A stretch of 60,083 nucleotides of DNA, taken from IMG/VR virus record IMGVR_UViG_3300004806_000027, positions 1 to 60,083 of that record; one strand, 5' to 3'. The notes under the pieces were generated by a model, which had not been told where the DNA came from, made no database searches, and saw only the letters and a program-made list of their open reading frames with translations. Shown one piece after another: positions 25,460-35,211 of the stretch (positions are counted from its first letter, which is position 1; each line of letters starts with the position of its first letter). The position numbers and the translations under genes were made by a program. This DNA comes from a virus (lineage: Duplodnaviria; Caudoviricetes).

Positions 25460-25902
25460 GCGACCTGAACCCCAAGCAACAACGCTTTGTTCTTGAATAC
25501 GTTAAGGATTTAAACGCGACACAAGCGGCTATCCGGGCTGGGTACTCGGCTAAAAGCGCAGAGGTTAATGGTCCGCGCTTGCTAGGGAATGCTCAGGTGA
25601 AGGCGGCTGTGGCTCAATTGGTGTCAAAGCAAATAAAAACGGCTGAAATCACGGCAGATTTGGTGCTGGACGGGCTTTTGACCGAGGCTCGGCGTACAGG
25701 TGAAGGTTCGTCACACGGGGCGCGTGTGACCGCTTGGGCAAAGCTGGGCGAGTATCTCAAATTGTTCGTTCAAAAGCACGAGCATGAGCACAAAGGGTCG
25801 ATTGAGCATACCGTTAAGGAAATGGCGCCAAACGAGCGCGTTGCCGATGCTATGATGATTATGAAGAAAGCGCGCGAGATTGCCCCGTCAAAAGTTCATT
25901 GA
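25456..25902 (+). CDS. terS: Terminase small subunit
   Basis: LNPKQQRFVLEYVKDLNATQAAIRAGYS. Confidence 0.95.
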   Translation: MSDLNPKQQRFVLEYVKDLNATQAAIRAGYSAKSAEVNGPRLLGNAQVKAAVAQLVSKQIKTAEITADLVLDGLLTEARRTGEGSSHGARVTAWAKLGEYLKLFVQKHEHEHKGSIEHTVKEMAPNERVADAMMIMKKAREIAPSKVH

Positions 25903-25937
25903 TGGAAATTATTTCTTAAAAATGAGGAGTTTGCGCG

Positions 25938-26156
25938 GTGGTTACTGAAAATATTTCCAAACAGGTCAATTTTGCCGCTCGATTGGCTGAATATCGGGAA
26001 TTATTGGGCCTATCGCGTGCTGAATTGGCTTTGGTATTAGACGTGACCGCGCGCACGGTTCAGAATTGGGAAACGGGCTATTGCCCGGTTATGGCGTTTC
26101 TGGCTGTAAAAGCATTGTACCATCGGTTAGGCGGCGAATGTGGCTTTGTTCGATGA
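25938..26156 (+). CDS. Cro/C1-type HTH protein between terS and terL
   Basis: LGLSRAELALVLDVTARTVQNWETG. Confidence 0.8.
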   Translation: MVTENISKQVNFAARLAEYRELLGLSRAELALVLDVTARTVQNWETGYCPVMAFLAVKALYHRLGGECGFVR

Positions 26157-26913
26157 AGTTGCGGCGCTGACGCCAGAACAATTGGCAGCGCTGCCGGTGG
26201 ATGATTATGCGCGCCTTAAGGCCATTATCGAATTAGAGCATGACATTTACCGCAAGACGCTGCTTTACCGGGCTTATCCTGATACCGGGCCATTGCGGCG
26301 CGAATTATACCCTAAGCATTTGGCCCATTTTGCGGCTGGGGCCACGTATCAAGAGCGGGCTTTGGTCGGCGGCAACCGATCGGGAAAGACGTTTGGGTGT
26401 TCGTATGAGTGCGCCCTTCATTTAACTGGTTGGTATCCCCATTGGTGGGTTGGGCGCAAGTTTGATCGCCCTGTGACCATGTGGGCGGCGGGCGAAGATA
26501 CCAAGGCCGTCCGCGAATCCTTGCAAGTGACGTATTTGGGGCCAACCGGGGACCATGGCACGGGTTTAATACCGGCTGACAATATCATCAAGGCGACACC
26601 AAGGCCGGGCGTGCCGGATGCTGTGGATAGCGTGACGGTCAAGCATTTATCGGGCGGCGTGTCGCGGATGCTGTTTAAATCCTATGATCAGGGGCGTGAA
26701 TCGTTCCAAGCGGCCAAAATCGACATTATGCAATTTGATGAAGAACCGCCATTGGACATTTACTCGGAAGGCTTAACTCGAACGCTTTCGACCGTGCCCG
26801 GTCAACCGTCCGGGTTGGTGATATGCGGGTTCACGCCGCTGCGCGGCCTTTCGGCTGTGGTTCTTTCATTCATGCCGGGTGGTGCGCGTTTGGAAGGGGA
26901 GGTTAAGTCATGA
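26140..26913 (+). CDS. terL: Terminase large subunit, N-terminal ATPase half (P22 gp2-like)
   Basis: GGNRSGKT Walker A, FKSYDQGRESFQ, FDEEPP Walker B and FTPL coupling motif. Confidence 0.93.
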   Translation: MALFDEVAALTPEQLAALPVDDYARLKAIIELEHDIYRKTLLYRAYPDTGPLRRELYPKHLAHFAAGATYQERALVGGNRSGKTFGCSYECALHLTGWYPHWWVGRKFDRPVTMWAAGEDTKAVRESLQVTYLGPTGDHGTGLIPADNIIKATPRPGVPDAVDSVTVKHLSGGVSRMLFKSYDQGRESFQAAKIDIMQFDEEPPLDIYSEGLTRTLSTVPGQPSGLVICGFTPLRGLSAVVLSFMPGGARLEGEVKS

Positions 26914-27434
26914 TTGCTGAATGGCGGATTGTGCCTGGTTTTGAGGATTATGAAGTTAGTGAATGGGGCGCTGTTCGTCGCGTTACGGCTGCTCCCGGCG
27001 CGCGCATTGGCAAAATATTGAAGATGTGGATTCGATCTGACGGCTATCCAATGGTGATTTTGCGTAAGGATGGTAAGTCGATCCACAAAAAAGCTCATCA
27101 ATTGGTTGCGTATGCTTTTATAGGGTTAAAGCCGTTTGACGGGGCGGAAATTTGCCATATCGACGGCGATCCATCGAATAACCATTATTCAAATCTAAGA
27201 TGGGATACTCGGTCGTCAAATCATTTGGACAAGCGAAAGCATGGGACAAGTTTGATGGGTGAGCGGCATCATAACGCCGTCTTGTCTGTCGATGATGTGC
27301 GTAAGATATTAAGCCTTTGGAAAAGCGGCAAATTTTATCAACGACAATTAGGTGAAATGTTTGGGGTAAAACAAACGCAAATTGGGCGCATTGTTCGCGG
27401 CAAGCGTTGGGCCGTTGCTTTGCAAAACGGCTAA
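26910..27434 (+). CDS. NUMOD4-HNH homing endonuclease
   Basis: EWRIVPGFEDYEVS (NUMOD4); HQLVAYAF..ICHIDGDPSNNHYSNLRW (HNH); C-terminal HTH. Confidence 0.93.
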   Translation: MIAEWRIVPGFEDYEVSEWGAVRRVTAAPGARIGKILKMWIRSDGYPMVILRKDGKSIHKKAHQLVAYAFIGLKPFDGAEICHIDGDPSNNHYSNLRWDTRSSNHLDKRKHGTSLMGERHHNAVLSVDDVRKILSLWKSGKFYQRQLGEMFGVKQTQIGRIVRGKRWAVALQNG

Positions 27435-27439
27435 CGGAA

Positions 27440-28201
27440 ATGGCGAAATACATTACATTCGTTTCCTGGGCAGACGTTCCGCACATATCAGCGGAAGCGC
27501 AAGCGGAAATGATTAAGTCTTATGCTCCGCATGAACGGGACGCGCGCACCAAAGGCATTCCGGCCCTTGGATCGGGCGCCATTTATCCGGTGCCGGAAGA
27601 TGACGTGACCTGTGATCCGTTCGAAATACCCGCTCATTGGAAACATTTTTACGCCATGGACGTGGGATGGAATAGAACGGCGGGATTGTGGTTTGCGCAT
27701 GATACCGAATCGGACGTGGTTTACGCTTATTCTGAACATTATCGCGGGCAGGCTGAACCATCGACTCACGCTCAAGCCATTAAGGCGCGCGGAGAGTGGA
27801 TACCGGGGGTTATTGATCCGGCGTCACGCGGTCGAGCACAAAAGGATGGCGAGCAATTGTTATGGGAATATCAACAATTAGGATTAACGCTGATTACGGC
27901 CAATAATGCGAGGGAAGCGGGCATATATCGGACCTGGATGCGATTATCGACGGGGCGGCTTAAAATATTTAAAACGCTGCAAAATACGTTAAGCGAGTAT
28001 CGCATTTATCGCCGGGACGATAAGGGGCAAGTGGTCAAAGAAAATGACCATTTAATGGACTGCATGCGGTATGGGATTATGAGCGGGATTGACATTGCCG
28101 CATTTCGTCCGGTTGACGATTACCGCGTGCGCGCTGGGTTGCGACCAAACAAACATGAAGTTGATTACAATCCTCTCGCCTCTGCATGGGGCAAGCGATA
28201 G
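27440..28201 (+). CDS. terL: Terminase large subunit, C-terminal nuclease half
   Basis: DVPH..HERDARTKGIPALGSG, MDVGWN and NDHLMDCMRY motifs. Confidence 0.93.
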   Translation: MAKYITFVSWADVPHISAEAQAEMIKSYAPHERDARTKGIPALGSGAIYPVPEDDVTCDPFEIPAHWKHFYAMDVGWNRTAGLWFAHDTESDVVYAYSEHYRGQAEPSTHAQAIKARGEWIPGVIDPASRGRAQKDGEQLLWEYQQLGLTLITANNAREAGIYRTWMRLSTGRLKIFKTLQNTLSEYRIYRRDDKGQVVKENDHLMDCMRYGIMSGIDIAAFRPVDDYRVRAGLRPNKHEVDYNPLASAWGKR

Positions 28202-28279
28202 CACCCAAATATCCGCTTTGCCGCCCCCAATCGTGGGGCATATAGGGTGCAATTCGCACCCATAGAACACAAATGACCA

Positions 28280-28290
28280 TGCGTCGGGTT
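28280..28290 (+). promoter_or_regulatory. Late-motif copy 2, upstream of the portal operon
   Basis: TGCGTCGGGTT, intergenic. Confidence 0.6.
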
Positions 28291-28325
28291 TAGATTTTGC
28301 CTCACTTAACCGTGAGGATTGACCT

Positions 28326-28562
28326 TTGGGCGCGTTATTTTCGTCACCTCCGACACCTCAAGCTCCTGTTATTCCTGCTGTGCCACCGGCTGCGGCGCCG
28401 CCAATTATGGCCAATGCAAATGTCGATCAGGCTGGCAATTCACAAAAGGGCAAAGCTGCTGCTGCGGCGGGTGCGGGATTTAGCGGGACTGTCAAGAATG
28501 ATGGCGGGGCTGGTGGCTTAACGACACCGGCGACAACGGCCAAGGCATCGCTGCTCGGATGA
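28326..28562 (+). CDS. Small Pro/Ala-rich virion protein upstream of portal
   Basis: MGALFSSPPTP...KASLLG pattern typical of this position in T7/BPP-1-like podoviruses. Confidence 0.75.
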   Translation: MGALFSSPPTPQAPVIPAVPPAAAPPIMANANVDQAGNSQKGKAAAAAGAGFSGTVKNDGGAGGLTTPATTAKASLLG

Positions 28563-30424
28563 GTGACGCTGCGGTTACAGACCGTCCGGATACACGCTCC
28601 AAGCCGGGCCGTAAGGCGCGCGAGGTCGCGTATGAAAGCGCCGGGCCAAAAGCATTAGCCATGACACCGGCCAAAGCTTCGGTGCGCGAAGTAACGCAAG
28701 GCAATGACTGGCTGATCCTGCGCGGGCATTTAGAGACACGGCTGGCCATGCTTCGATCCTGGCGGCAAAGCTGGGCGTCGCATTGGTCGATCCTTGAAAC
28801 CTATATCCTGCCGCGCCGGGGCATTTTTATTAACAATGCAATGCCGACACCCAATAGCATGGTGCGCGGCTCGCCTATTAATGACGCGATTGTCGATCCT
28901 ACGGGCACGCTGGCCATGCGTAAGTGTGCGGCTGGTATGATGAGCGGTTTAATGTCTCCATCTCGCCCGTGGTTCAAATTAAAGCCTGGGCTGCTTGATC
29001 GTTCAGATATGGATGATGACGCAGTTGATTGGTTTGAAGAATGCGAGAACCGCGTTTACGAGGTCATGGGCCGGTCGAACTTCTATGACGCTGGCGCCCA
29101 AATGTTTGAAGATTTGGTGACCTTTGGGACGGGTCCGGTCATTCTTTACGAGGATGATGAAGATGTGATCCGTGCTTATACGCCATGCTGCGGTGAGTAT
29201 TTCTTGGCTTCGTCATCGGCCAATCGGGTTGAATCTCTTTATCGCCAATTTGTTATGACCGTTTCCGCGATTGTGGAAATGTTTGGGATTGAGAATTGCC
29301 CGTCTGACATTCAAAAGCTGTGGATGGAAAAGGGCGGTTCGCTTGAAGTCGAACGGACCGTGGCGCATGCGATTGAGCCAAATTTTCCCATTAAGACGCC
29401 TAATGGCTCCGGCAATGTCGGCGTCGTGGATGGGGATTTTGTCTGGCGCGAGGTCTATTGGGTCTGGGGTGCCGGTGGGGCTTATCCCCTATCCATGCGG
29501 GGCTTCTTAGACCAACCGCATTACGCTCCACGCTGGGCCACAACGTCCAATGATGCTTATGGGCGTTCGGTGGGCATGGACGTGCTCCCGGACATTATGC
29601 AGTTGCAAGTCGAGACAATGCGCAAAGCGGAAGCCATTGAAAAAATGGTGCGTCCGCCAATGCTTGCTTCGATGGATTTGAAGAATGAGCCTTCCTCGAT
29701 CCTGCCCGGCAAAGTGACTTATGTGAATCAATTGGACAATGGCAAGGGCATGCGACCGATTTATACGGTTCAGCCCAACATTGATCACATGATGCAAGAC
29801 TTGGCCGCAATTCAACAGCGGATCAAAGAGGGGTTCTTTAATGACCTGTTCATGATGCTGGAAACGGCATCGAACAAGAACATGACCGCTTATGAAGTTG
29901 CACAACGGCAACAAGAAAAGCTGCAAGTGCTGGGTCCGGTGATTGAGCGGTTACAGAATGAAGCCCTAGCACCTGCGGTTAAGCGGGTGTTTGCGATTAT
30001 GCAACGCAAGGGTTTGCTGCCGCCGCTGCCCAAATCGTTACAGGGCGTGAATATCGGAATTGAGTTTGTGGGCATGTTGGCCTTGGCGCAAAAAGCCTCG
30101 TCCACGTCCGCGCTTGAGCGGTTTGCTGGTACGGCTGGGAACATGCAAGCGGGTGATCCGTCCATCGCTGATATTTGGGATCGGGATGCCTGGATGCGCG
30201 AATACGCGGATGATTTATTTATTCCCAAACATATCCTTAATTCGCCTGAGAAGGTTGCGGCATTGCGTCAGCAACGCGCGGCGCAGATGCAAGCGCAGCA
30301 ACAAGGGCAAGCCAGCCTGGCGGCGGTTCAAGGGGCCAAAACACTATCGGATATTGACGTGGGCGGGGGGCAAAACGCGGTTCAAGCCATGCTGCACGGC
30401 ATTGGGAACGGGGGCAGTCAATGA
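28559..30424 (+). CDS. Portal (head-tail connector), T7/BPP-1-like
   Basis: SPSRPWFKL, SNFY, FGTG, YGRSVG, MTAYEVAQRQQEKLQVLGPVIERLQNE. Confidence 0.95.
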   Translation: MSDAAVTDRPDTRSKPGRKAREVAYESAGPKALAMTPAKASVREVTQGNDWLILRGHLETRLAMLRSWRQSWASHWSILETYILPRRGIFINNAMPTPNSMVRGSPINDAIVDPTGTLAMRKCAAGMMSGLMSPSRPWFKLKPGLLDRSDMDDDAVDWFEECENRVYEVMGRSNFYDAGAQMFEDLVTFGTGPVILYEDDEDVIRAYTPCCGEYFLASSSANRVESLYRQFVMTVSAIVEMFGIENCPSDIQKLWMEKGGSLEVERTVAHAIEPNFPIKTPNGSGNVGVVDGDFVWREVYWVWGAGGAYPLSMRGFLDQPHYAPRWATTSNDAYGRSVGMDVLPDIMQLQVETMRKAEAIEKMVRPPMLASMDLKNEPSSILPGKVTYVNQLDNGKGMRPIYTVQPNIDHMMQDLAAIQQRIKEGFFNDLFMMLETASNKNMTAYEVAQRQQEKLQVLGPVIERLQNEALAPAVKRVFAIMQRKGLLPPLPKSLQGVNIGIEFVGMLALAQKASSTSALERFAGTAGNMQAGDPSIADIWDRDAWMREYADDLFIPKHILNSPEKVAALRQQRAAQMQAQQQGQASLAAVQGAKTLSDIDVGGGQNAVQAMLHGIGNGGSQ

Positions 30425-30582
30425 ACACATACGAGTATAACGTGGTCGATTTCCCACGGATGACACCGGAAGAATTGGCTCAACGATTAAACGCGCATGG
30501 TGCTGCCGGATGGGCGGTGGTTGGTTCTGATCCGATGCCCAATCATTGGCGCGTTATTTTTGCCAAATTGAGCGGGGGTTAG
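30421..30582 (+). CDS. 53-aa DUF4177-like protein (not in track)
   Basis: YEYNVV...LNAHGAAGWAVVG...VIFAK; ATGA overlap with the portal. Confidence 0.7.
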   Translation: MNTYEYNVVDFPRMTPEELAQRLNAHGAAGWAVVGSDPMPNHWRVIFAKLSGG

Positions 30583-30585
30583 GCC

Positions 30586-30885
30586 ATGGCCAATCTTTAT
30601 GTAACTGAATTTTCGTCATTGGGCATGGTGGGAAACCAGATTGGCCAGATTGGTCATCAACCGTATTTGGCAACGCAGAAGGTGGCCATCACGGCGGGCG
30701 TGACCTACGCGGCGTTCTTTAATCCCAAAACGGTCATGGTGCGGCTGCATCCGGATGCCACTTGCTCGGTAGATTTCAACGTGGCTGCGGCGGCAACGTC
30801 TCCACGGATGTATCAAAACTCAACGGAATATTTTGCGGTGCCAGCGGGCGGCGGAACGTCCGTATCTGTGATTTCTAACACATAA
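30586..30885 (+). CDS. Small beta-rich virion-associated protein
   Basis: 99 aa, beta-strand pattern, in the head module. Confidence 0.65.
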   Translation: MANLYVTEFSSLGMVGNQIGQIGHQPYLATQKVAITAGVTYAAFFNPKTVMVRLHPDATCSVDFNVAAAATSPRMYQNSTEYFAVPAGGGTSVSVISNT

Positions 30886-30896
30886 GGATCGGGACA

Positions 30897-31454
30897 ATGT
30901 TTGGTGGATTAAACATGCCAATGGAAAGCACCTTAAAGGGGCTTGGCACACTTGAAGGTCTGATTGTGCTTTTGTCTGATTCCGCGACCACGGGGCAGGT
31001 CATTGCCACGTTGAAAGATGCCATTGAGCAAAACACGGCTTTACTGGCCGAAGTCAATGAGGCTCAAACGGACGTGGTGGCCAAGGAAAAAGCCTTGGAT
31101 CAGCGCAAGGTGGAAATTGACCAATTGTCGGATGTTCAAGAAGGCATCCGGGCGCATTTGGATCAGCGCAAAACGGCGCTAGACGCGCGCGAGAATGATT
31201 TGAATCAGCGCGAGGCTGATTTGAATGCAGCGCAAGAAGCCTTCAATGCGCAAGCAGCCAAGGTCGCGGCGGATCATCAAATGGCGGTCGAGGACCACGA
31301 AGAAAACATTGAAACCGCCAGGGATCAGATATTGGCGGCGCATAAAGCATTGGATGAGCGCGAGGCTGAAATTGAGGCGCGCGAGGCCGAAGCTGCGGCC
31401 AAGCTGAGTGATTTGAATGCGCGGCTGGCCAAGCTGCGTGAGTTGTCTGCTTGA
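30897..31454 (+). CDS. Acidic coiled-coil protein
   Basis: Heptad LDQR/LDAR/LNQR repeats. Confidence 0.8.
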   Translation: MFGGLNMPMESTLKGLGTLEGLIVLLSDSATTGQVIATLKDAIEQNTALLAEVNEAQTDVVAKEKALDQRKVEIDQLSDVQEGIRAHLDQRKTALDARENDLNQREADLNAAQEAFNAQAAKVAADHQMAVEDHEENIETARDQILAAHKALDEREAEIEAREAEAAAKLSDLNARLAKLRELSA

Positions 31455-31592
31455 GTTTCGTGGGGCGCCATTTCCGGCGGGTAAGTCGGCTGTCCGAGCA
31501 TACCAAGCTGTCCTGCGTGTCCGGGCGCCCGGCTTTAGGGGCTTTGAAACGGATAAGGATGGCAAGCCGACATTTAACAGGGGAATTGAATC

Positions 31593-31832
31593 ATGGCTGA
31601 AACAACGATGAAAGCATATCAGAACCATATTGGTTCTGAAATTAACGAGCGCGAATTGTTCCTGCGCATGAAGGATCATTTGGCGCAATTGCACACATTG
31701 GCGCGCGGCATGGCTCATTCGCGCAAGTCAATGCACTGGCTTGCTATGGCGGGCATCTATGAAGAAATGAGCGAAAAAACAGAACGCTTAATGCGCAAAG
31801 GGACGGGTTTGATTATTCCGTATCGCAATTAA
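31593..31832 (+). CDS. Hypothetical protein
   Basis: AGGGG RBS; 79 aa. Confidence 0.65.
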   Translation: MAETTMKAYQNHIGSEINERELFLRMKDHLAQLHTLARGMAHSRKSMHWLAMAGIYEEMSEKTERLMRKGTGLIIPYRN

Positions 31833-31845
31833 AAAGGGCTTTGGC

Positions 31846-33531
31846 ATGACCATTGAAATTTCTGTCCTGATCCCGTCGCGGGGTCGTCCCGGCAATCTTT
31901 TGCGCGCCGTATCATCTTTGATGATTAACCGCAAAATCCCGCCAAATGTCGAAGTGCTTATTGCACTAGACGACGACGATTCAACTTATACCGAAGCGGT
32001 TGAATTGCTTGGCACGCTTGAAATCCCCGGTCGGCAATTGTCCGTCGTGCTGGGTGAGCGACATGGGACATTGGCAGCGGTTTACAATGCTTTGGCTGAA
32101 AAATCTCAAGGTAAGTATCTGATGGCTTTTGCCGATGACTATACTTTGGATGATGATGCCAAATGGCCCAATCGCATTTTTAATGCGGCCAAGGGACTGG
32201 TCAATGGGATTGGGGTCATGCACCTGCGGGATGCGGGGCATCAGGGGTTTCCGTCTCTGCCGGTCATTCCTCGCAAGGTCTATGAGACACTTGGGTATTT
32301 CATGCCCAATGGGTTTCCAAATTGGTTTGGCGATACGTGGTGGGATGAAATCGCCACGGTGTTTGGCCAATTGATCGAGGTTGATCTTGATGTGTTAATG
32401 CCCGAAGGCAAGGGGCTTACTCACGGTTTGGTTGAGTTTGAATTTTGGCTTGGCTATTTTGAGGCAACGCATCCTGTTCGGTGCCGAGACGCGTTTATTC
32501 TGGGTGAAGTGGCGTTTGGCGGCAAAGAAACGGCTGCGTTCCGGGCCATGCTTGAACGTTTGCCGCAAGCCCAAGCCTTTTGCTATGAAAAGATTAAGCA
32601 CCTGCGCAATCCGGAATTGATCAAGCAAGTGTCGGCCAAGATGGATCACGCGCCATCTGACAAGTATTTGCAAATCAAAGCGGCGGCTGAAAAGCACATT
32701 GCTGAGATTAAAAAATCCATCCCGCGTCCGTTGCGGGTGGGTATTGCTATTCCATCTGGCCGGACATGGGAAGCGGGAACGGCGGTTGATGTGGCGGGGC
32801 TGCTGACTTATTCGGCACGGGCCGGGATTGATACCGCCATTATCAATGTTCAATCTTCGATGATTACGCATTCCCGCAACTCCACGGTTCAAAAAGCTTT
32901 GGATACAGGATGCGATTTTATCCTGTGGGTGGATTCAGATATGAAGTTTCCACCGGATACGCTTATTCGGTTGTTGAACCACAAGAAAGACATTGTGGGC
33001 GCGACTTATAATAAGCGCGTGCCGCCCTATGAAACATTGGGGACCTTTAAAAACCCGCAATCGGTTATGGAAGGCGGGTTACAGGAAGCTTTGTTGCTGC
33101 CTGGCGGGTTGTTGCTGGTCAAATGTGATGTGTACCGCAAGACGCAATGGCCGTCATATTTTGAAACCTATCATTGGCAAGGTGAAACCCGGCTGGATGG
33201 GTTCAAATCTTTGCTGAAAGATTATTTTACGGACGTGCCGCCGCAAGAGGTTTTGGACAGTTTGGATGGCACGCCATTAGCGGAGTGGATCAACGAGAAT
33301 TACACTTTGGGCCATGACGGCAAAGAATTTTTGTATTTTTCGGAAGATTTGAATTTCTGTCGCAAGGTTCGCAAAGCTGGGTATCAAATCTGGTGCGATG
33401 TTGATTTGACATTCCAAGTGGTTCATTTGGGGACGTTGGAAGTCACGTGCAAAAACCCTGCAACCTTAACCGATGAGGAGCGAGCAAGGTATTTGCCGCC
33501 TGAGACGGTTAAAGTTCAAGTTGCGGCATAG
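31846..33531 (+). CDS. Tandem two-domain GT-A (GT2-like) glycosyltransferase
   Basis: Domain 1: SVLIPSRGRP, LDDDD, FADD. Domain 2: GIAIPS, RNSTVQ, WVDSD, SEDLNFCRK, HLG. Confidence 0.88.
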   Translation: MTIEISVLIPSRGRPGNLLRAVSSLMINRKIPPNVEVLIALDDDDSTYTEAVELLGTLEIPGRQLSVVLGERHGTLAAVYNALAEKSQGKYLMAFADDYTLDDDAKWPNRIFNAAKGLVNGIGVMHLRDAGHQGFPSLPVIPRKVYETLGYFMPNGFPNWFGDTWWDEIATVFGQLIEVDLDVLMPEGKGLTHGLVEFEFWLGYFEATHPVRCRDAFILGEVAFGGKETAAFRAMLERLPQAQAFCYEKIKHLRNPELIKQVSAKMDHAPSDKYLQIKAAAEKHIAEIKKSIPRPLRVGIAIPSGRTWEAGTAVDVAGLLTYSARAGIDTAIINVQSSMITHSRNSTVQKALDTGCDFILWVDSDMKFPPDTLIRLLNHKKDIVGATYNKRVPPYETLGTFKNPQSVMEGGLQEALLLPGGLLLVKCDVYRKTQWPSYFETYHWQGETRLDGFKSLLKDYFTDVPPQEVLDSLDGTPLAEWINENYTLGHDGKEFLYFSEDLNFCRKVRKAGYQIWCDVDLTFQVVHLGTLEVTCKNPATLTDEERARYLPPETVKVQVAA

Positions 33532-33538
33532 GTGAACC

Positions 33539-34906
33539 ATGGCCGGGCATAAAATTCCACAATGGGCATTGCAAGAAGCTGTGGATTTATATGCCCGGCA
33601 TAAAACGCATTTGATGGCGTCGCAATTTGCGTCGGTTCTTGATAAGCAAATGCAGCCCACGGGAGACAAGGGAATCCCGCGCGGGACATTCGAAACGCGG
33701 TGTAATGCCGGGTTTAAACGAGGTCTGGTTGCGTCAGAGATACCGAAAGCTGCCAATGAAAAGCCGCGATTCCGGTTAAAATCGGATGGCACATTTGAAC
33801 AAATATCGGGAGAGCCGGTTAGCATTGCGCTTGATCAAACGCCACTTGCCGAACGCGAGCGGATCAAGTTCAAAGACCGGATTGATGTTTTAACAAAGCA
33901 ATTGACCGAGGCGCACCGGGAAAGCCTATCCGCTGAACGGATCAGGGAAGAAATATTCAACCTGTCCCGGTTGCCGATCATTATTCCTGATTGGGTTGTT
34001 AATTCAACCAGTGTGGCGGGGGCGCCTGGCGTACCTAGTACGATGTGGTCAGATTGGCATGTGGGCGAGCGGGTTGACCGGATTGAAGTGGCGGGGGTCA
34101 ATGAATTCAATCTTGAAATTGCCGAACGGCGCATAAAATCGCTGGTCGAGCGCATTGTTGATTTGTGCATCCATCACTTATCATCCCCTGAATATCCCGG
34201 TATTGTAGTCAATTTGGGCGGGGATATGATTTCCGGGGATGACCTGCACGATGAATTGACCCAGACCAATGAAATGCGGACGGCGCCAACTTTAGTTTGG
34301 CTAATGGGTCAATTGATTCGCGCCATTGAAACCATGGCAGAGCGGTTTGGCAAAGTGTTTGTGCCTTGCGTCGTGGGCAATCATGGGCGTATGGGCAAAA
34401 AGCCAAGGTCAAAGCAACGGGTTCACACGTCTTATGAATGGCTGCTTTATACGTGGCTTGAACAGCGGTTTGCGGGCGATGACCGGGTACGGTTTTATAT
34501 TCCTGGGGAAACGGATGCCCATTATTGCGTGGCGGGGCATCGGTATCTTTTAACCCATGGTGATGCGCTGGGGGTTAAGGGCGGCGATGGAATCATTGGC
34601 GCATTAGGGCCGATCCTGCGCGGGACCGTGAAGCTGCACGGTTCCGAATCTCAAATTGGCCGGGATTTCGATACCGTCATTATGGGGCATTGGCATCAAT
34701 ACTTGCCGCTGCCCGGCGTGATCGTAAACGGAACGTTGAAAGGTTATGACGAATATGCGCGGCTATTCCTGCGCGCGCGGTATCAGTCGCCTATTCAAGC
34801 TCTTTGGTGGACCCATCCTAAGCGCGGGGTGACATTCCAAGTGCCGGTCTATCTCGAAGATCAAGTGACGGTTAATCAATCTGATTGGGTACGGTGGGCG
34901 GCATGA
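33539..34906 (+). CDS. Calcineurin-like metallophosphoesterase with N-terminal extension
   Basis: SDWH, GDMISG, GNHGR, THGD and GHWH motifs. Confidence 0.88.
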   Translation: MAGHKIPQWALQEAVDLYARHKTHLMASQFASVLDKQMQPTGDKGIPRGTFETRCNAGFKRGLVASEIPKAANEKPRFRLKSDGTFEQISGEPVSIALDQTPLAERERIKFKDRIDVLTKQLTEAHRESLSAERIREEIFNLSRLPIIIPDWVVNSTSVAGAPGVPSTMWSDWHVGERVDRIEVAGVNEFNLEIAERRIKSLVERIVDLCIHHLSSPEYPGIVVNLGGDMISGDDLHDELTQTNEMRTAPTLVWLMGQLIRAIETMAERFGKVFVPCVVGNHGRMGKKPRSKQRVHTSYEWLLYTWLEQRFAGDDRVRFYIPGETDAHYCVAGHRYLLTHGDALGVKGGDGIIGALGPILRGTVKLHGSESQIGRDFDTVIMGHWHQYLPLPGVIVNGTLKGYDEYARLFLRARYQSPIQALWWTHPKRGVTFQVPVYLEDQVTVNQSDWVRWAA

Positions 34907-35211
34907 AACTTCCAACAGAAATCCGCGTTGGGTATCGAAAAATCAAAGTAGAGCTATATGATTTTTACGATGACACCCAAGGCGTGTTTCTGGATCACAA
35001 ATCCACAATCAGGATTGACCAAGATTTAGAACAGCAAGTGCGAGCTGAAACATTCTTGCATGAATTACTTCACACGATATTCCGCACGTCTATGGTTGGA
35101 TTGCCAATGAAAGAGGAGGAACGGGTTATTCGGGCAATATCCCCGTTTCTATTGCAGTTTATCAATGACCATCCGGAGGTCATTGCGGATATGAGAAAGG
35201 CGCTAAAGTGA
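34903..35211 (+). CDS. Small zincin-like (HExxH) protein
   Basis: ETFLHELLH...EE motif. Confidence 0.8.
   Translation: MKLPTEIRVGYRKIKVELYDFYDDTQGVFLDHKSTIRIDQDLEQQVRAETFLHELLHTIFRTSMVGLPMKEEERVIRAISPFLLQFINDHPEVIADMRKALK

Noticed and set aside
26900-27445. Group I intron or intein in terL
   Set aside because: No non-coding flanks for an intron core; the HNH has its own start and stop in a different frame, and no intein motifs are present.
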